Source of the DNA: a virus
Taxonomy: Duplodnaviria; Caudoviricetes
Direction: 5' to 3' (one strand)
DNA length: 64,000 nt
IMG/VR virus record: IMGVR_UViG_3300017766_001583
Span: 2,452-66,451 of that record
Shown here in pieces: positions 9,867-18,037 of this stretch. Made by a program: the position numbers and the translations under genes. The notes below the pieces were generated by a model, which was not told the DNA's origin, made no database searches, and saw nothing but the letters and a program-made list of their open reading frames with translations. Each line of letters starts with the position of its first letter. Positions within the stretch are counted from its first letter, which is position 1.

Positions 9867-10307
9867 TTAGCACATCTTACCGCGAGTCTTACCTTTGATC
9901 TCGATGCCGCCACCGCGAGCGTACTTCTTGGGCTTCATAGCACCCATCTCGGCTGCTTCGTGCTTAATCATGGACTTGGGAGCGCCCTTCTTTTTGAAGA
10001 ACGCGACTTCCTTAGCGACCATCTTCTTGGATTCTTTCACGGGACCACCTTCTTTAAATTTAGCCGTCTTAGCGGACTCTTGGAAATCTTTTGTGGTTGG
10101 AGCGCCTTTTGATCCCGGCTTACGCATACGCTCGCCAGACCCTTCAGCAATCCTCTCACGCTTCGCGTGAATGTTGGCGTACAAGCCGCCTTCTTTCGCC
10201 GTGAACTCTTTGCCAACCGACTGAGGAACGCCGGCCTTCTTAGCAAACTTCGGGTTGTTAGCCACGGCTTGCATGAAGCGTTCCTGTTTAGCGGAGGTAG
10301 CAGGCAT
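9867..10307 (-). CDS. Small basic head/core protein with repeated x-x-GG motifs
   Basis: Lys-rich; KEGGLY, KEGGPV, ARGGGIEIKGKTRGK. Confidence 0.6.
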   Translation of the reverse strand: MPATSAKQERFMQAVANNPKFAKKAGVPQSVGKEFTAKEGGLYANIHAKRERIAEGSGERMRKPGSKGAPTTKDFQESAKTAKFKEGGPVKESKKMVAKEVAFFKKKGAPKSMIKHEAAEMGAMKPKKYARGGGIEIKGKTRGKMC

Positions 10308-10651
10308 CAGACGATCTTAGTCTTGTTGGTAACTTTGGAGATACCGTAACCGCGAACCGAGCCACCCGCGGCCATCTTGACGACTTTGCCCTTGGTCTTG
10401 CCTTTGGCCTCGATGCCGCCGCCCTTCTTGTACCCAGCGTAGTTATAGGCTTCGCCTTCCCTGGCTGCTGCCGGGACTTCTTCGCGCATACGCTTGGCTT
10501 GCCTCATGTCATCCCTGGCGCCTTTGGCCATGGTGGGCATGAGCTTAGAGAAGATGTCCTTCTCTCCTTCGATGCCTTCAGCCATCAGCTTGCGCGAGGC
10601 CTCCAGCTTTTTGGTTTCTTCAATAGACGGGGACCGGTAGCTCTTAGGCAT
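10307..10651 (-). CDS. Small basic head/core protein
   Basis: Start re-called at MPKSYRSP (ATG 10651, AAGGA upstream); KKGGGIEAKGKTKGK, MAAGGSV. Confidence 0.55.
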   Translation of the reverse strand: MPKSYRSPSIEETKKLEASRKLMAEGIEGEKDIFSKLMPTMAKGARDDMRQAKRMREEVPAAAREGEAYNYAGYKKGGGIEAKGKTKGKVVKMAAGGSVRGYGISKVTNKTKIV

Positions 10652-10670
10652 GATTGAATCCTTGTTGGTA

Positions 10671-10874
10671 CTACATCTTAATTTGTTTTGCCTTGGTATT
10701 GCCCTTTGAGGCAATTCCATCGGCCGCTTTAACAAACCCGCCTTTAGCAAACATTGCTGCTTTGCCGTGAGAAGTCTTGGGATTGTTAATACGCTGTAGG
10801 TCTTCCCTGGCTTTGGTGCCGACCTTTTTGAGCTTGCTAAACACCGGTGCCTGGGGAGCTGGTTGAGACATCAT
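10671..10874 (-). CDS. Small basic head/core protein
   Basis: Start re-called at MMSQPAPQ directly after the upstream stop; FAKGGFVKAADGIASKGNTKAK. Confidence 0.55.
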   Translation of the reverse strand: MMSQPAPQAPVFSKLKKVGTKAREDLQRINNPKTSHGKAAMFAKGGFVKAADGIASKGNTKAKQIKM

Positions 10875-10875
10875 G

Positions 10876-11121
10876 TTAATTGTTCCCAATGATCCGGTCG
10901 ATCTTTTCCTCGATCCGGTCAAATCTGGAGTTTAGACTTTCCACAACAACTTGCATCTCATTTTTGTGGACGTACTTCTCCCGCACCTCTTCGCGTGTAC
11001 GGGCGATCAAGTCGCGGTGTTCCTTAACGGAGTCGCCTTGGGATTTAAGATATATGCCCATTAGCATGGTACCCAAGGTTAATACTCCGTTCCAGAGAAG
11101 GTGAAAAGGATCGGACGACAT
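10876..11121 (-). CDS. Small membrane-anchored coiled-coil protein
   Basis: N-terminal hydrophobic helix LLWNGVLTLGTMLMGIYL followed by RFDRIEEKIDRI coil. Confidence 0.6.
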   Translation of the reverse strand: MSSDPFHLLWNGVLTLGTMLMGIYLKSQGDSVKEHRDLIARTREEVREKYVHKNEMQVVVESLNSRFDRIEEKIDRIIGNN

Positions 11122-11376
11122 TTAGCACTTCCACGCCTTCAAAGATTTATTGATCCGGCTATTGGGATCATTAGCCGTTTTCGGTGAAGTGAGCTTCTTC
11201 TTCATGCCATTCATCCTGCTACAGAACGAATCTTTACGAGGCCCGCCTTCAGGTTGAGGAGCTTTCAAACCCGGCTTGCCCGGATTCGCCTTGTTGTAAG
11301 AGGCCCGACCTTTGGCGTTCAATCCGCCCGATTCGGCCTTGCCTTCCTTACGCTGCCAAGCTGCTGTCTTAGCCAT
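11122..11376 (-). CDS. Conserved phage protein, DUF6321-like
   Basis: RKDSFCSRM...PNSRINKSLKAWKC signature; start at MAKT with GAGGG RBS. Confidence 0.7.
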   Translation of the reverse strand: MAKTAAWQRKEGKAESGGLNAKGRASYNKANPGKPGLKAPQPEGGPRKDSFCSRMNGMKKKLTSPKTANDPNSRINKSLKAWKC

Positions 11377-11392
11377 TATGCCCTCGACTATA

Positions 11393-12022
11393 TTAGTCGT
11401 CAAAGATAAAAAGGATCTTGCCGCCTACTTTTAGCGTGCCAACGTATATGCCGCCAGGGCCGTACACCACGCCTTCTCGCACATCTGCGGGATTAGGATA
11501 AACAGAACTACGAGTAGCCGCGCCAGTAACTAACGCCCCAGTCCCGATAATTGCCCCGGTCGCAACGTGAAGAGGGGATCGCGTAGCCGCGCCAGTAATA
11601 GCCGCGGTAAGGCCAGCAAGCGTTCCAGTTGAATCGTGGGTTATGAACCGGCGGGCATCGCCCGTAACAAGCGCGCCCTGACCAACCAAAGCGCCCGTTG
11701 AATCAAAAGCTCGGAACCGGGTCGCCGCCCCAACTATTGCTGCACCGGGGCCAGTCAAGGCACCCGTCGAATTAAACGCCCTGAACCTATTCGATGTACC
11801 TGTTATTACAGCGCCGGGGCCAATCAGTACCCCAGTCGAACTAAATACCCTAAACCGGTTAGCCGTTCCGAGAATGAATGAGCCTTGCCCAGACAACGCC
11901 CCAGTAGCAACGTGATTGACGCCACCCTGATACTGAACCTCGGCCCAAGTGATGCGGGCTTCGTAAGAATCAACCTGAAATGAATCAGCTTGGAAAGCAC
12001 CAGACTGAAACGCCGTAGCCAT
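11393..12022 (-). CDS. Virion fibre-like protein with six 23-aa repeats
   Basis: Repeats such as RFRAFNSTGALTGPGAAIVGAAT; C-terminal PADVREGVVYG motif; N-terminal RITWAEVQYQ. Confidence 0.65.
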   Translation of the reverse strand: MATAFQSGAFQADSFQVDSYEARITWAEVQYQGGVNHVATGALSGQGSFILGTANRFRVFSSTGVLIGPGAVITGTSNRFRAFNSTGALTGPGAAIVGAATRFRAFDSTGALVGQGALVTGDARRFITHDSTGTLAGLTAAITGAATRSPLHVATGAIIGTGALVTGAATRSSVYPNPADVREGVVYGPGGIYVGTLKVGGKILFIFDD

Positions 12023-12026
12023 AGCG

Positions 12027-12572
12027 TCACTCGGTCGGTTTTACGGGTTTTACCAAAGTAGCGTAAAGATCCTGCGCGGCTTCTTTGTAGTTCTGAAGCG
12101 CAAACTGAACGTGGTCAGAATGCCTAGCGCCAAGCTCCGGGGTGTATGAATAGCCCCAAGTAGCAGCAAGATTGCAGCTATACCCAGCCGGATTCCACTT
12201 CACATCAGTATGCGGAGCGTTGGCGTTGCGCCACTCTTGGCTCAGGTAGTAATAGAACATCTCGGCCACCGGGGGCCACTGATGCGTGAAATCTCCATAA
12301 GCCCTGTTCGACGCCCAGTGAGGCGTAATAATCGTAGCCTTGGCTCCGTCCTTCATAACCCGGCAGGCTTCGTTCATGAAGTGAACGCGCTGCTGCGCAG
12401 TCAGATGCTCAAGGAAGTGGCTCGCATGGATCTCTTCAACCGTACCATCTTCCCAAGGCCAAGGGTCAACGCCGATATTCAGGACGACATCAACCCCCTC
12501 CATCGCGTATTGATCGACGCCAATGAAGCCTTCCTTTTTCTTACCGCCACAACCAAGGTCAAGCTTTGTCAT
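12027..12572 (-). CDS. Class I SAM-dependent methyltransferase (glycan-type)
   Basis: KLDLGCGG motif I, FIGVD, EIHASHFLEHL. Confidence 0.85.
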   Translation of the reverse strand: MTKLDLGCGGKKKEGFIGVDQYAMEGVDVVLNIGVDPWPWEDGTVEEIHASHFLEHLTAQQRVHFMNEACRVMKDGAKATIITPHWASNRAYGDFTHQWPPVAEMFYYYLSQEWRNANAPHTDVKWNPAGYSCNLAATWGYSYTPELGARHSDHVQFALQNYKEAAQDLYATLVKPVKPTE

Positions 12573-13272
12573 TCTGTGCTTTTATTCGTTGCTTAGCTCT
12601 GTACGCCCGCATGTATTCTGTTCTTTTGGCTTTTTGGACATCTGTACGCGCGTACGCTCGTTTTTGCTTTCTGTAAGCATCAAGGTCTTTTAGTCGATAC
12701 CTTTCAGACCTAGACAGCCCGTCATCCAGTTTTGGCTTTGTCTTTCTCGACGCCATTCTTGCCAGAAATTCTGGGTCTTGCCATTTTTTACGCATCGCTT
12801 CAGCGATCCGCTCCCTGCGAGTGAGATCGGCCATCCTTTCAGCCTGAACTTTTGAGCGCGTTTCTTTTAATTCAGGTGAGTTTTGTGATGCCAAATGATT
12901 CGCTTTTCTATCCGCGTCCGCAAAAGACTTTAGTTGCGCAGAACTTCTACGCTGTCTTCCCTCATCTGTAACTATAACGCCCAAAACCCCATCACCCCCG
13001 TCGGTCATATTGTAGCCGTCGGGCACTTTTGTTCCGTATACGGTAATAGCCTTGGTTTCTAAGGCTTTAAGGTATTCATAATCATCGGCAATTACAAGCA
13101 CTTTGACACACATGCTGTCCGCGCCGTACTTTCGTATTGCTTTTTGCAGCGCCCCATCTACAGACCGGAGGGCATTTGACCTATGGGCGCGCCACCTTGC
13201 ATTGATGTCTTGCGACGTAATGCCGATATACTTTTTCCCAGATGGTGATTCAAGCATATAAACGCAGCCCAT
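12559..13272 (-). CDS. Free-standing GIY-YIG homing endonuclease
   Basis: CVYMLESPSGKKYIGIT...ARW..H...LQKAIRKYG...LE...GYNMTDGGDG. Confidence 0.9.
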   Translation of the reverse strand: MGCVYMLESPSGKKYIGITSQDINARWRAHRSNALRSVDGALQKAIRKYGADSMCVKVLVIADDYEYLKALETKAITVYGTKVPDGYNMTDGGDGVLGVIVTDEGRQRRSSAQLKSFADADRKANHLASQNSPELKETRSKVQAERMADLTRRERIAEAMRKKWQDPEFLARMASRKTKPKLDDGLSRSERYRLKDLDAYRKQKRAYARTDVQKAKRTEYMRAYRAKQRIKAQNDKA

Positions 13273-13278
13273 ATAACC

Positions 13279-14013
13279 CTACCAAACGTAGTCTGGGATG
13301 CCCCCGCGCTTCCCGTCTAGATCGTAGTGACCTACTTTTACGCTTGAGTCAATAGCACAGCGATAGCCATATTTTCTAGCGTCAGACCAGAAGTAAAGAT
13401 CCTGCGTGCTAACGCCGTTCTCAGTCTGAGTTACAAACCAAGGCTTACGCAGGCGCTCATCGCGGAACATGTCCATACGCCAGACGTTAAACCCCATCCC
13501 CGTACCGTGGCACTCGACCAACCCACCAGCAGGATCGGGCTTCTGAGGACGGAAGTTAACCACCGGGTCTTTGACATCCCCCCATATTTGAGCCACACCA
13601 CCCGGCCCTTGCGTGAAGTACAACCCACCAATGCAGGCGTACTCGGGGTGAGCTTCCATCTGAGCCAACAGCTTAATGATCCCGTCAGGCGGCGGGATGT
13701 TGTCATGCTCCATCGTAAGGATGTACTTCCACTTACTCAGATCAGGATGGGCGAGAATGCTCTCGATAGCAGACGAAAACGCCTTACCAACTTCCATCCC
13801 AACAGCCCATAGGCGCGTGAACTTAGCGTTCGGAGGCGCGTACAGGTTCATCCATGAAGCAACAGCCCGTGTAGGGATCTGCCCAAAGCACGGAACAATC
13901 TGAATACAAGACAGGTCTTTGTAAGCTTTATCTGCCGTAAGCCGGGAGATGGTCTTGTCCAGATCTGCGTTATGCGCCCCGCCGTCGTAGGATGAAATGA
14001 TTTGTGGCTGCAT
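13279..14013 (-). CDS. GT-A fold (family 2-like) glycosyltransferase
   Basis: YILTMEHDNIPPPD (DxD-like), GTGMGFNVW, TQDLYF, IDSSVKVGH. Confidence 0.75.
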   Translation of the reverse strand: MQPQIISSYDGGAHNADLDKTISRLTADKAYKDLSCIQIVPCFGQIPTRAVASWMNLYAPPNAKFTRLWAVGMEVGKAFSSAIESILAHPDLSKWKYILTMEHDNIPPPDGIIKLLAQMEAHPEYACIGGLYFTQGPGGVAQIWGDVKDPVVNFRPQKPDPAGGLVECHGTGMGFNVWRMDMFRDERLRKPWFVTQTENGVSTQDLYFWSDARKYGYRCAIDSSVKVGHYDLDGKRGGIPDYVW

Positions 14014-14174
14014 CAAGGCATTCCAACAATTACGACAGCTACATAAGAAGCCCCGCCAGTCACATCAGACTCTCGCACACACAGCGCAATCCCCGGCACG
14101 GGTTCAGACAAAACGATATGAACTTCCCCATCTATCGTGATTCTCTGGCAAGACGCAAAGGCGTTGATGTCCAT
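14013..14174 (-). CDS. Small hypothetical protein (53 aa, absent from the ORF track)
   Basis: MDINAFASCQRITIDGEVHIVLSEPVPGIALCVRESDVTGGASYVAVVIVGMP; fills the gap exactly, TGATG coupling to the glycosyltransferase. Confidence 0.6.
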   Translation of the reverse strand: MDINAFASCQRITIDGEVHIVLSEPVPGIALCVRESDVTGGASYVAVVIVGMP

Positions 14175-14176
14175 AA

Positions 14177-15682
14177 TTACACCGTGCCGTTGATGAACAT
14201 GATCGCGGGCGCGCGAAGCGCAATCGAATCCGAGCCACGAATCTGGCTGAACGCCACGCTACTAGGCAAACCACTTGTCGTCACGGTATACACACCCTGA
14301 CCCTGCGTCCATTGCTGCGTGGTGTTATGCGACTGCCCAAAGAACCCGACAAAGTTACTGTTGACTTGGCTCACCAGCATCTGCGAGATGGAGGCGTTAT
14401 TACCACCGGTCGAGGTTCTGGAAACTTGCCCGATATAAATTTCCTGTTCAGCGACCGTCAATGTCCATGGGATAGTCATTATCCGCATGCCCGAATGTAG
14501 CGACCAATGCGTACCCGTTGTGCCCTGAAACGTAAAAGCGGTACTGATAGATGTACTGCTCGCCAAAGACAGCGTGCTGACGTTCTGGGTATAGAAGCCA
14601 ACCCAATAACTTAATGTCAAAGTGCCGTTAGAGCCTGAGTTATTGGTGTACGCAATCGGAATACCCACCCGATCTTGGAAGTAATACGGGCTATGCTCCG
14701 GTTCGATGTAGAGCGTGCCGTTGCCTTGCTGACCCGCCACCAGCTGAAGGTCCGCATACGGAGGCCAACCGTCGTATGTGTTGTTGGCAATAATAGAAGC
14801 GGTCAGCGTAGACCCATCCATACCAAAAGTAACCCCGTTGGAGTTACTGAACAGCACCGTGCCTGACGTAACCGTGGAACCCGCAACAGCAATGTTAGGG
14901 CCAGTCTGATTGGTAGTACCACCCGCGCCACCAGCGGAGATGACGATGGTGTTTGAGTTGCCGCTCAGGGTAATGTTGTTGCCGCCCGAGAAATAGATCG
15001 GGCCTTGCGTTGTGACCGTAGTTCCAGTCGTCCCTGCGGTATTAGCACCTACCAAGTTCCAAGCGTTGTAATCTACATCAGCCACGTTTGCCGACAGAGC
15101 CACGCCGTTGGTGTTCACCCCGAGGGTCATGGAGATGTTAGTACCGGCAGTGGTCGAACCTGTACCCGCTCGACCCGAAGTCAGATCATTAGCGTAAGTA
15201 GTGATGAAGTTAGGCACAGCCATCGAAAGGCCGTTTGTGCCTTGCGCAGCGGTAAGAAGCACCCCCGTAGTAGAAGTGCTAGTAAAGCCAGTACCTGCCC
15301 GACCAGAGGTGAGGTCGTTAACGTAAGTGGTAATAAAGTTGGGCACGGCCATCGACAGGCCATTAGTACCCAAAGTCGCTGTTAAAGCGGTTCCTGTCGT
15401 TGAGGTTCTAGTGAACCCCGTACCGGCTATAGCACCGGAGGCTTGGGTTTGTGTGGTCTGTGCTGCTTCACCAATGATGCTGACGGTCGAGCCGTTGGCG
15501 CTCAGAGTGACGTTACTTCCACCCGCCCAGTAGATATCGCTGCCACTGATCGAAGACGCCCCCGCAGTATTGCCCGCGATGAATAACGTCTGATTGTGGG
15601 CGCTGTTCCAGTCACTAGGACGGACTACGCTGGTTGCGGTGCCGTCTGCAACCGTCTGGCTGTAAACGTGCCGGATCGCCAT
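14177..15682 (-). CDS. Thr/Gly/Ser-rich fibre or decoration protein
   Basis: 501 aa; VVRPSDWNSAH start, internal 43-aa tandem repeat, beta-rich C-terminal domain. Confidence 0.6.
   Translation of the reverse strand: MAIRHVYSQTVADGTATSVVRPSDWNSAHNQTLFIAGNTAGASSISGSDIYWAGGSNVTLSANGSTVSIIGEAAQTTQTQASGAIAGTGFTRTSTTGTALTATLGTNGLSMAVPNFITTYVNDLTSGRAGTGFTSTSTTGVLLTAAQGTNGLSMAVPNFITTYANDLTSGRAGTGSTTAGTNISMTLGVNTNGVALSANVADVDYNAWNLVGANTAGTTGTTVTTQGPIYFSGGNNITLSGNSNTIVISAGGAGGTTNQTGPNIAVAGSTVTSGTVLFSNSNGVTFGMDGSTLTASIIANNTYDGWPPYADLQLVAGQQGNGTLYIEPEHSPYYFQDRVGIPIAYTNNSGSNGTLTLSYWVGFYTQNVSTLSLASSTSISTAFTFQGTTGTHWSLHSGMRIMTIPWTLTVAEQEIYIGQVSRTSTGGNNASISQMLVSQVNSNFVGFFGQSHNTTQQWTQGQGVYTVTTSGLPSSVAFSQIRGSDSIALRAPAIMFINGTV
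15167..15424 (-). repeat. 129-bp (43-aa) tandem duplication inside the fibre gene
   Basis: GTGFTRTSTTGTALTATLGTNGLSMAVPNFITTYVNDLTSGRA / GTGFTSTSTTGVLLTAAQGTNGLSMAVPNFITTYANDLTSGRA. Confidence 0.9.
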
Positions 15683-15683
15683 G

Positions 15684-16076
15684 TTATGCGTTCAATGCAG
15701 TGTAGGTCAGGCTTGAGCAAGACACCGTATCGCCGGCTGTTACAGTCAACCCGTTAGTCAGGTTAATGTCGCTACCGCTTGCAGCTACCGCGCAGTGGAC
15801 AACAATCGTACCGCCCGAAGTTTGAAGCGTTGCGAATGCGACAGGAGATGCGTTGCCAGCAGCGTTAGTATCACTGGTAATGGCATTGGCCGTAGCTGTA
15901 CCGCTCGATGCCGCGCCGAAGGCTGTAGCACTAAAAGTCAATGTAGCCACAACCGCGCCGGGCGAAGCCACTGAAGATGGCGAGGTACGGAAAACCAGCT
16001 TTCCGCTGGTAGAAATCAGCGCGGTTACTGCATCAGTCGCGGCGTTGCGCGCTGCTGTCGAGTGAGTTACTGCCAT
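15684..16076 (-). CDS. Virion structural protein (fibre-associated)
   Basis: 130 aa; STAARNAATDA...GSDINL..LTVTAGDTVSCSSLTYT, a pattern common in tail-associated proteins. Confidence 0.6.
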   Translation of the reverse strand: MAVTHSTAARNAATDAVTALISTSGKLVFRTSPSSVASPGAVVATLTFSATAFGAASSGTATANAITSDTNAAGNASPVAFATLQTSGGTIVVHCAVAASGSDINLTNGLTVTAGDTVSCSSLTYTALNA

Positions 16077-16206
16077 TTTGCAATTCCTTCAGTTTCTCTT
16101 CGTCTAAGTAACCGACCAACTCAACAGTGTCCGTCAGTCCGGTTTCTTTGCGCACAATCTGGAGCGTAAAACGTAGCTCGCCAACTTGACCACTAAGTTC
16201 CGGCAT
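16033..16206 (-). CDS. Small hypothetical protein (57 aa, absent from the ORF track)
   Basis: MPELSGQVGELRFTLQIVRKETGLTDTVELVGYLDEEKLKELQNGSN...; TGATG coupling to the upstream gene. Confidence 0.6.
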   Translation of the reverse strand: MPELSGQVGELRFTLQIVRKETGLTDTVELVGYLDEEKLKELQNGSNSLDSSAQRRD

Positions 16207-16538
16207 CACGCTTCTTCCAATATAGCAGTCACAGCCACTTCTGCGGCTTCGCTCAAGTTAATAATCAGAGGCCCATCAATAGGACCGCTGACAACCTGCC
16301 GTTTACTCAGAGCAAAGACACGATAATATTCCTGCGCCCCGAGGAACACCCTAATCAAAGGTGACGCCGAAGACCCAGGATCGTTAATCGCGTAGATCCA
16401 ACGAAGCCGAATGAGCTTGCCCGCTGTGGGCGTATAAATAGTAGTGGGGCCGGAGGCAGTGACCGTAGCAACCACATGGGTGTACTCGTATTCACCGCTA
16501 TCCAGCCCCTCTTGAAGGTTGGAGCGCGTAGTCGCCAC
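16206..16538 (-). CDS. Hypothetical virion protein
   Basis: 110-aa beta-rich ORF in the head module. Confidence 0.55.
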   Translation of the reverse strand: MATTRSNLQEGLDSGEYEYTHVVATVTASGPTTIYTPTAGKLIRLRWIYAINDPGSSASPLIRVFLGAQEYYRVFALSKRQVVSGPIDGPLIINLSEAAEVAVTAILEEA

Positions 16539-16541
16539 AAC

Positions 16542-17060
16542 TTATCCCAGCTTGCTACGCAGCGCGTCCAGAGCCTTCTCAGCAGCAGCCTTACGCTTCT
16601 CAAGATCCTTCACATCAGCTTCAAGCGCGGCGACTTTATCCGCATATGCAGCGTCAGCATCAGACAGTTTTTGCGCAAGATTAGCTTCGACTTTGGAAAA
16701 CTGAGCCTGCAAAGCAGCGGTCTTTTGAACCCACTCTGTCTCAGTTACGCTGAAGGCTTTTTCAGCCTGAGCTACCTTGTCGGCTTGAGCTTTCTTAGCG
16801 GCTTCGATATCGGCCAGAGCTTTTGCTTTTTGCTGCATGGCTTGCTCCATCTCGGAATTAACCGAAGACAGGCGCTTATCAGCTTCTTCAAAGGCTTTGG
16901 CGATCTTCTTATCCGCCTCTTCCAACTCAACCTGCTTGATGCGAAGTTCCCGATCTACGTCAGCTTTTTTAGCCGTCGCTTCAAGAACAGCAGGAATGGC
17001 CTCAAGGACCGGACCCCAAACGTCTTGGAACTTGCGCAGGGCAGTAGTGTCAATAGGCAT
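16542..17060 (-). CDS. Coiled-coil protein
   Basis: Start re-called at MPIDTTAL, 2 nt after the upstream stop; Ala/Lys/Glu heptads. Confidence 0.6.
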   Translation of the reverse strand: MPIDTTALRKFQDVWGPVLEAIPAVLEATAKKADVDRELRIKQVELEEADKKIAKAFEEADKRLSSVNSEMEQAMQQKAKALADIEAAKKAQADKVAQAEKAFSVTETEWVQKTAALQAQFSKVEANLAQKLSDADAAYADKVAALEADVKDLEKRKAAAEKALDALRSKLG

Positions 17061-17062
17061 AA

Positions 17063-17395
17063 TCAACCCCCCGGCATACCGGCTTGCAGCACGGTCATAA
17101 CAAGCGACCCCGACGTAATCGTCACGGCATTCAAACGTACAGCCGTCACAGGCGACGAAATCGTCCCGTCTTTGGATGTAGCCGTAGCAAGCGGGAATCC
17201 CGACATTACAAACCACCCAGCCGTGGCGGGATTAAACGTGTCAGAGAAAACGTCGTCGTAGGTGTATTCCACCGAATAGTCAACGGTACCAGTCTTCGTG
17301 ACGCCAATCCCCACGCTAAACGGAGCGCGGTAAGTATCCAAAATAATCGGGGCCGAAACCCCGGCGGCTGTTAACGTAACTCTAACAGGGCGCAT
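17063..17395 (-). CDS. Capsid decoration/cement-like protein
   Basis: 110-aa jelly-roll-like (YSVEYTYDD...VTAVRLN), downstream of MCP. Confidence 0.55.
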   Translation of the reverse strand: MRPVRVTLTAAGVSAPIILDTYRAPFSVGIGVTKTGTVDYSVEYTYDDVFSDTFNPATAGWFVMSGFPLATATSKDGTISSPVTAVRLNAVTITSGSLVMTVLQAGMPGG

Positions 17396-17408
17396 CTCAG
17401 CCCCCTAA

Positions 17409-17891
17409 TCAGTTTTGGTTATAAGCAGGAGCTACCGTGCCATCGGGCAGACGCTGGACATAAACGATGGTGACGATAAAGCGACCGGCAGACAACGCGG
17501 CACTGGGGGTCAGGTTCAGCCAAACCGAGGTATCGGCGGTGGTCGATGTCTGCCATGCCAGCAGGTTCGCGCCAGTGGGGGCGGCGGAAGTACGGCCAGC
17601 AGCAGAATAAGCGGCTACCGAAAGAAGCTGCGAACCACCAGAAGCTGTACCAAACACGGGAGTAATAGTCCCACCCACAACCGCTACCAGCGTGTCGATA
17701 ACGATGTTCTGGATGTACGCACCCTGCGGCAGGGTAGCAATCAGAGTGTTGGTAGCGGCAGACGTACCATTCAAATCACCCGAATCATAATTCTGATTCA
17801 GCACCAGCAGACCGACATTGCGGCCCGTAGCGGGGGTGCCATAACGAACGGTACCCGAGCGAACGGGGCCGGAGAAGGTTGCCATCGACAT
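17409..17891 (-). CDS. Minor capsid/decoration protein
   Basis: MATFSGPVRSG start typical of the gene following MCP in this phage type. Confidence 0.6.
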   Translation of the reverse strand: MSMATFSGPVRSGTVRYGTPATGRNVGLLVLNQNYDSGDLNGTSAATNTLIATLPQGAYIQNIVIDTLVAVVGGTITPVFGTASGGSQLLSVAAYSAAGRTSAAPTGANLLAWQTSTTADTSVWLNLTPSAALSAGRFIVTIVYVQRLPDGTVAPAYNQN

Positions 17892-17897
17892 AATAAA

Positions 17898-17967
17898 TTC
17901 CCTTATTTGCGCCCATCATCTCAAGGGAGAAGTCTGCCAAGCCAGTTGATGAGCAGATGATCTTGGT
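17898..17967 (-). ncRNA. Candidate pseudoknotted leader RNA that includes the SD
   Basis: CCAAG/CUUGG, GCUCAUCA/UGAUGGGC and UCCCUU/AAGGGA pairings are interleaved. Confidence 0.5.
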
Positions 17968-17992
17968 TTGATCAAATTAACATATAAGCCAT

Positions 17993-18017
17993 AAAAAGAA
18001 AAGGGGCCGAAGCCCCC
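17993..18017 (-). terminator. Rho-independent terminator after the major capsid gene
   Basis: GGGGC-TTCG-GCCCC followed by TTTTCTTTTT on the minus strand. Confidence 0.9.
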
Positions 18018-18037
18018 TCTCCTTACTAAGACGAATC

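Noticed and set aside
16476-17261. 261-aa plus-strand ORF
   Set aside because: Antisense shadow of the coiled-coil and decoration genes; no RBS or recognisable motifs
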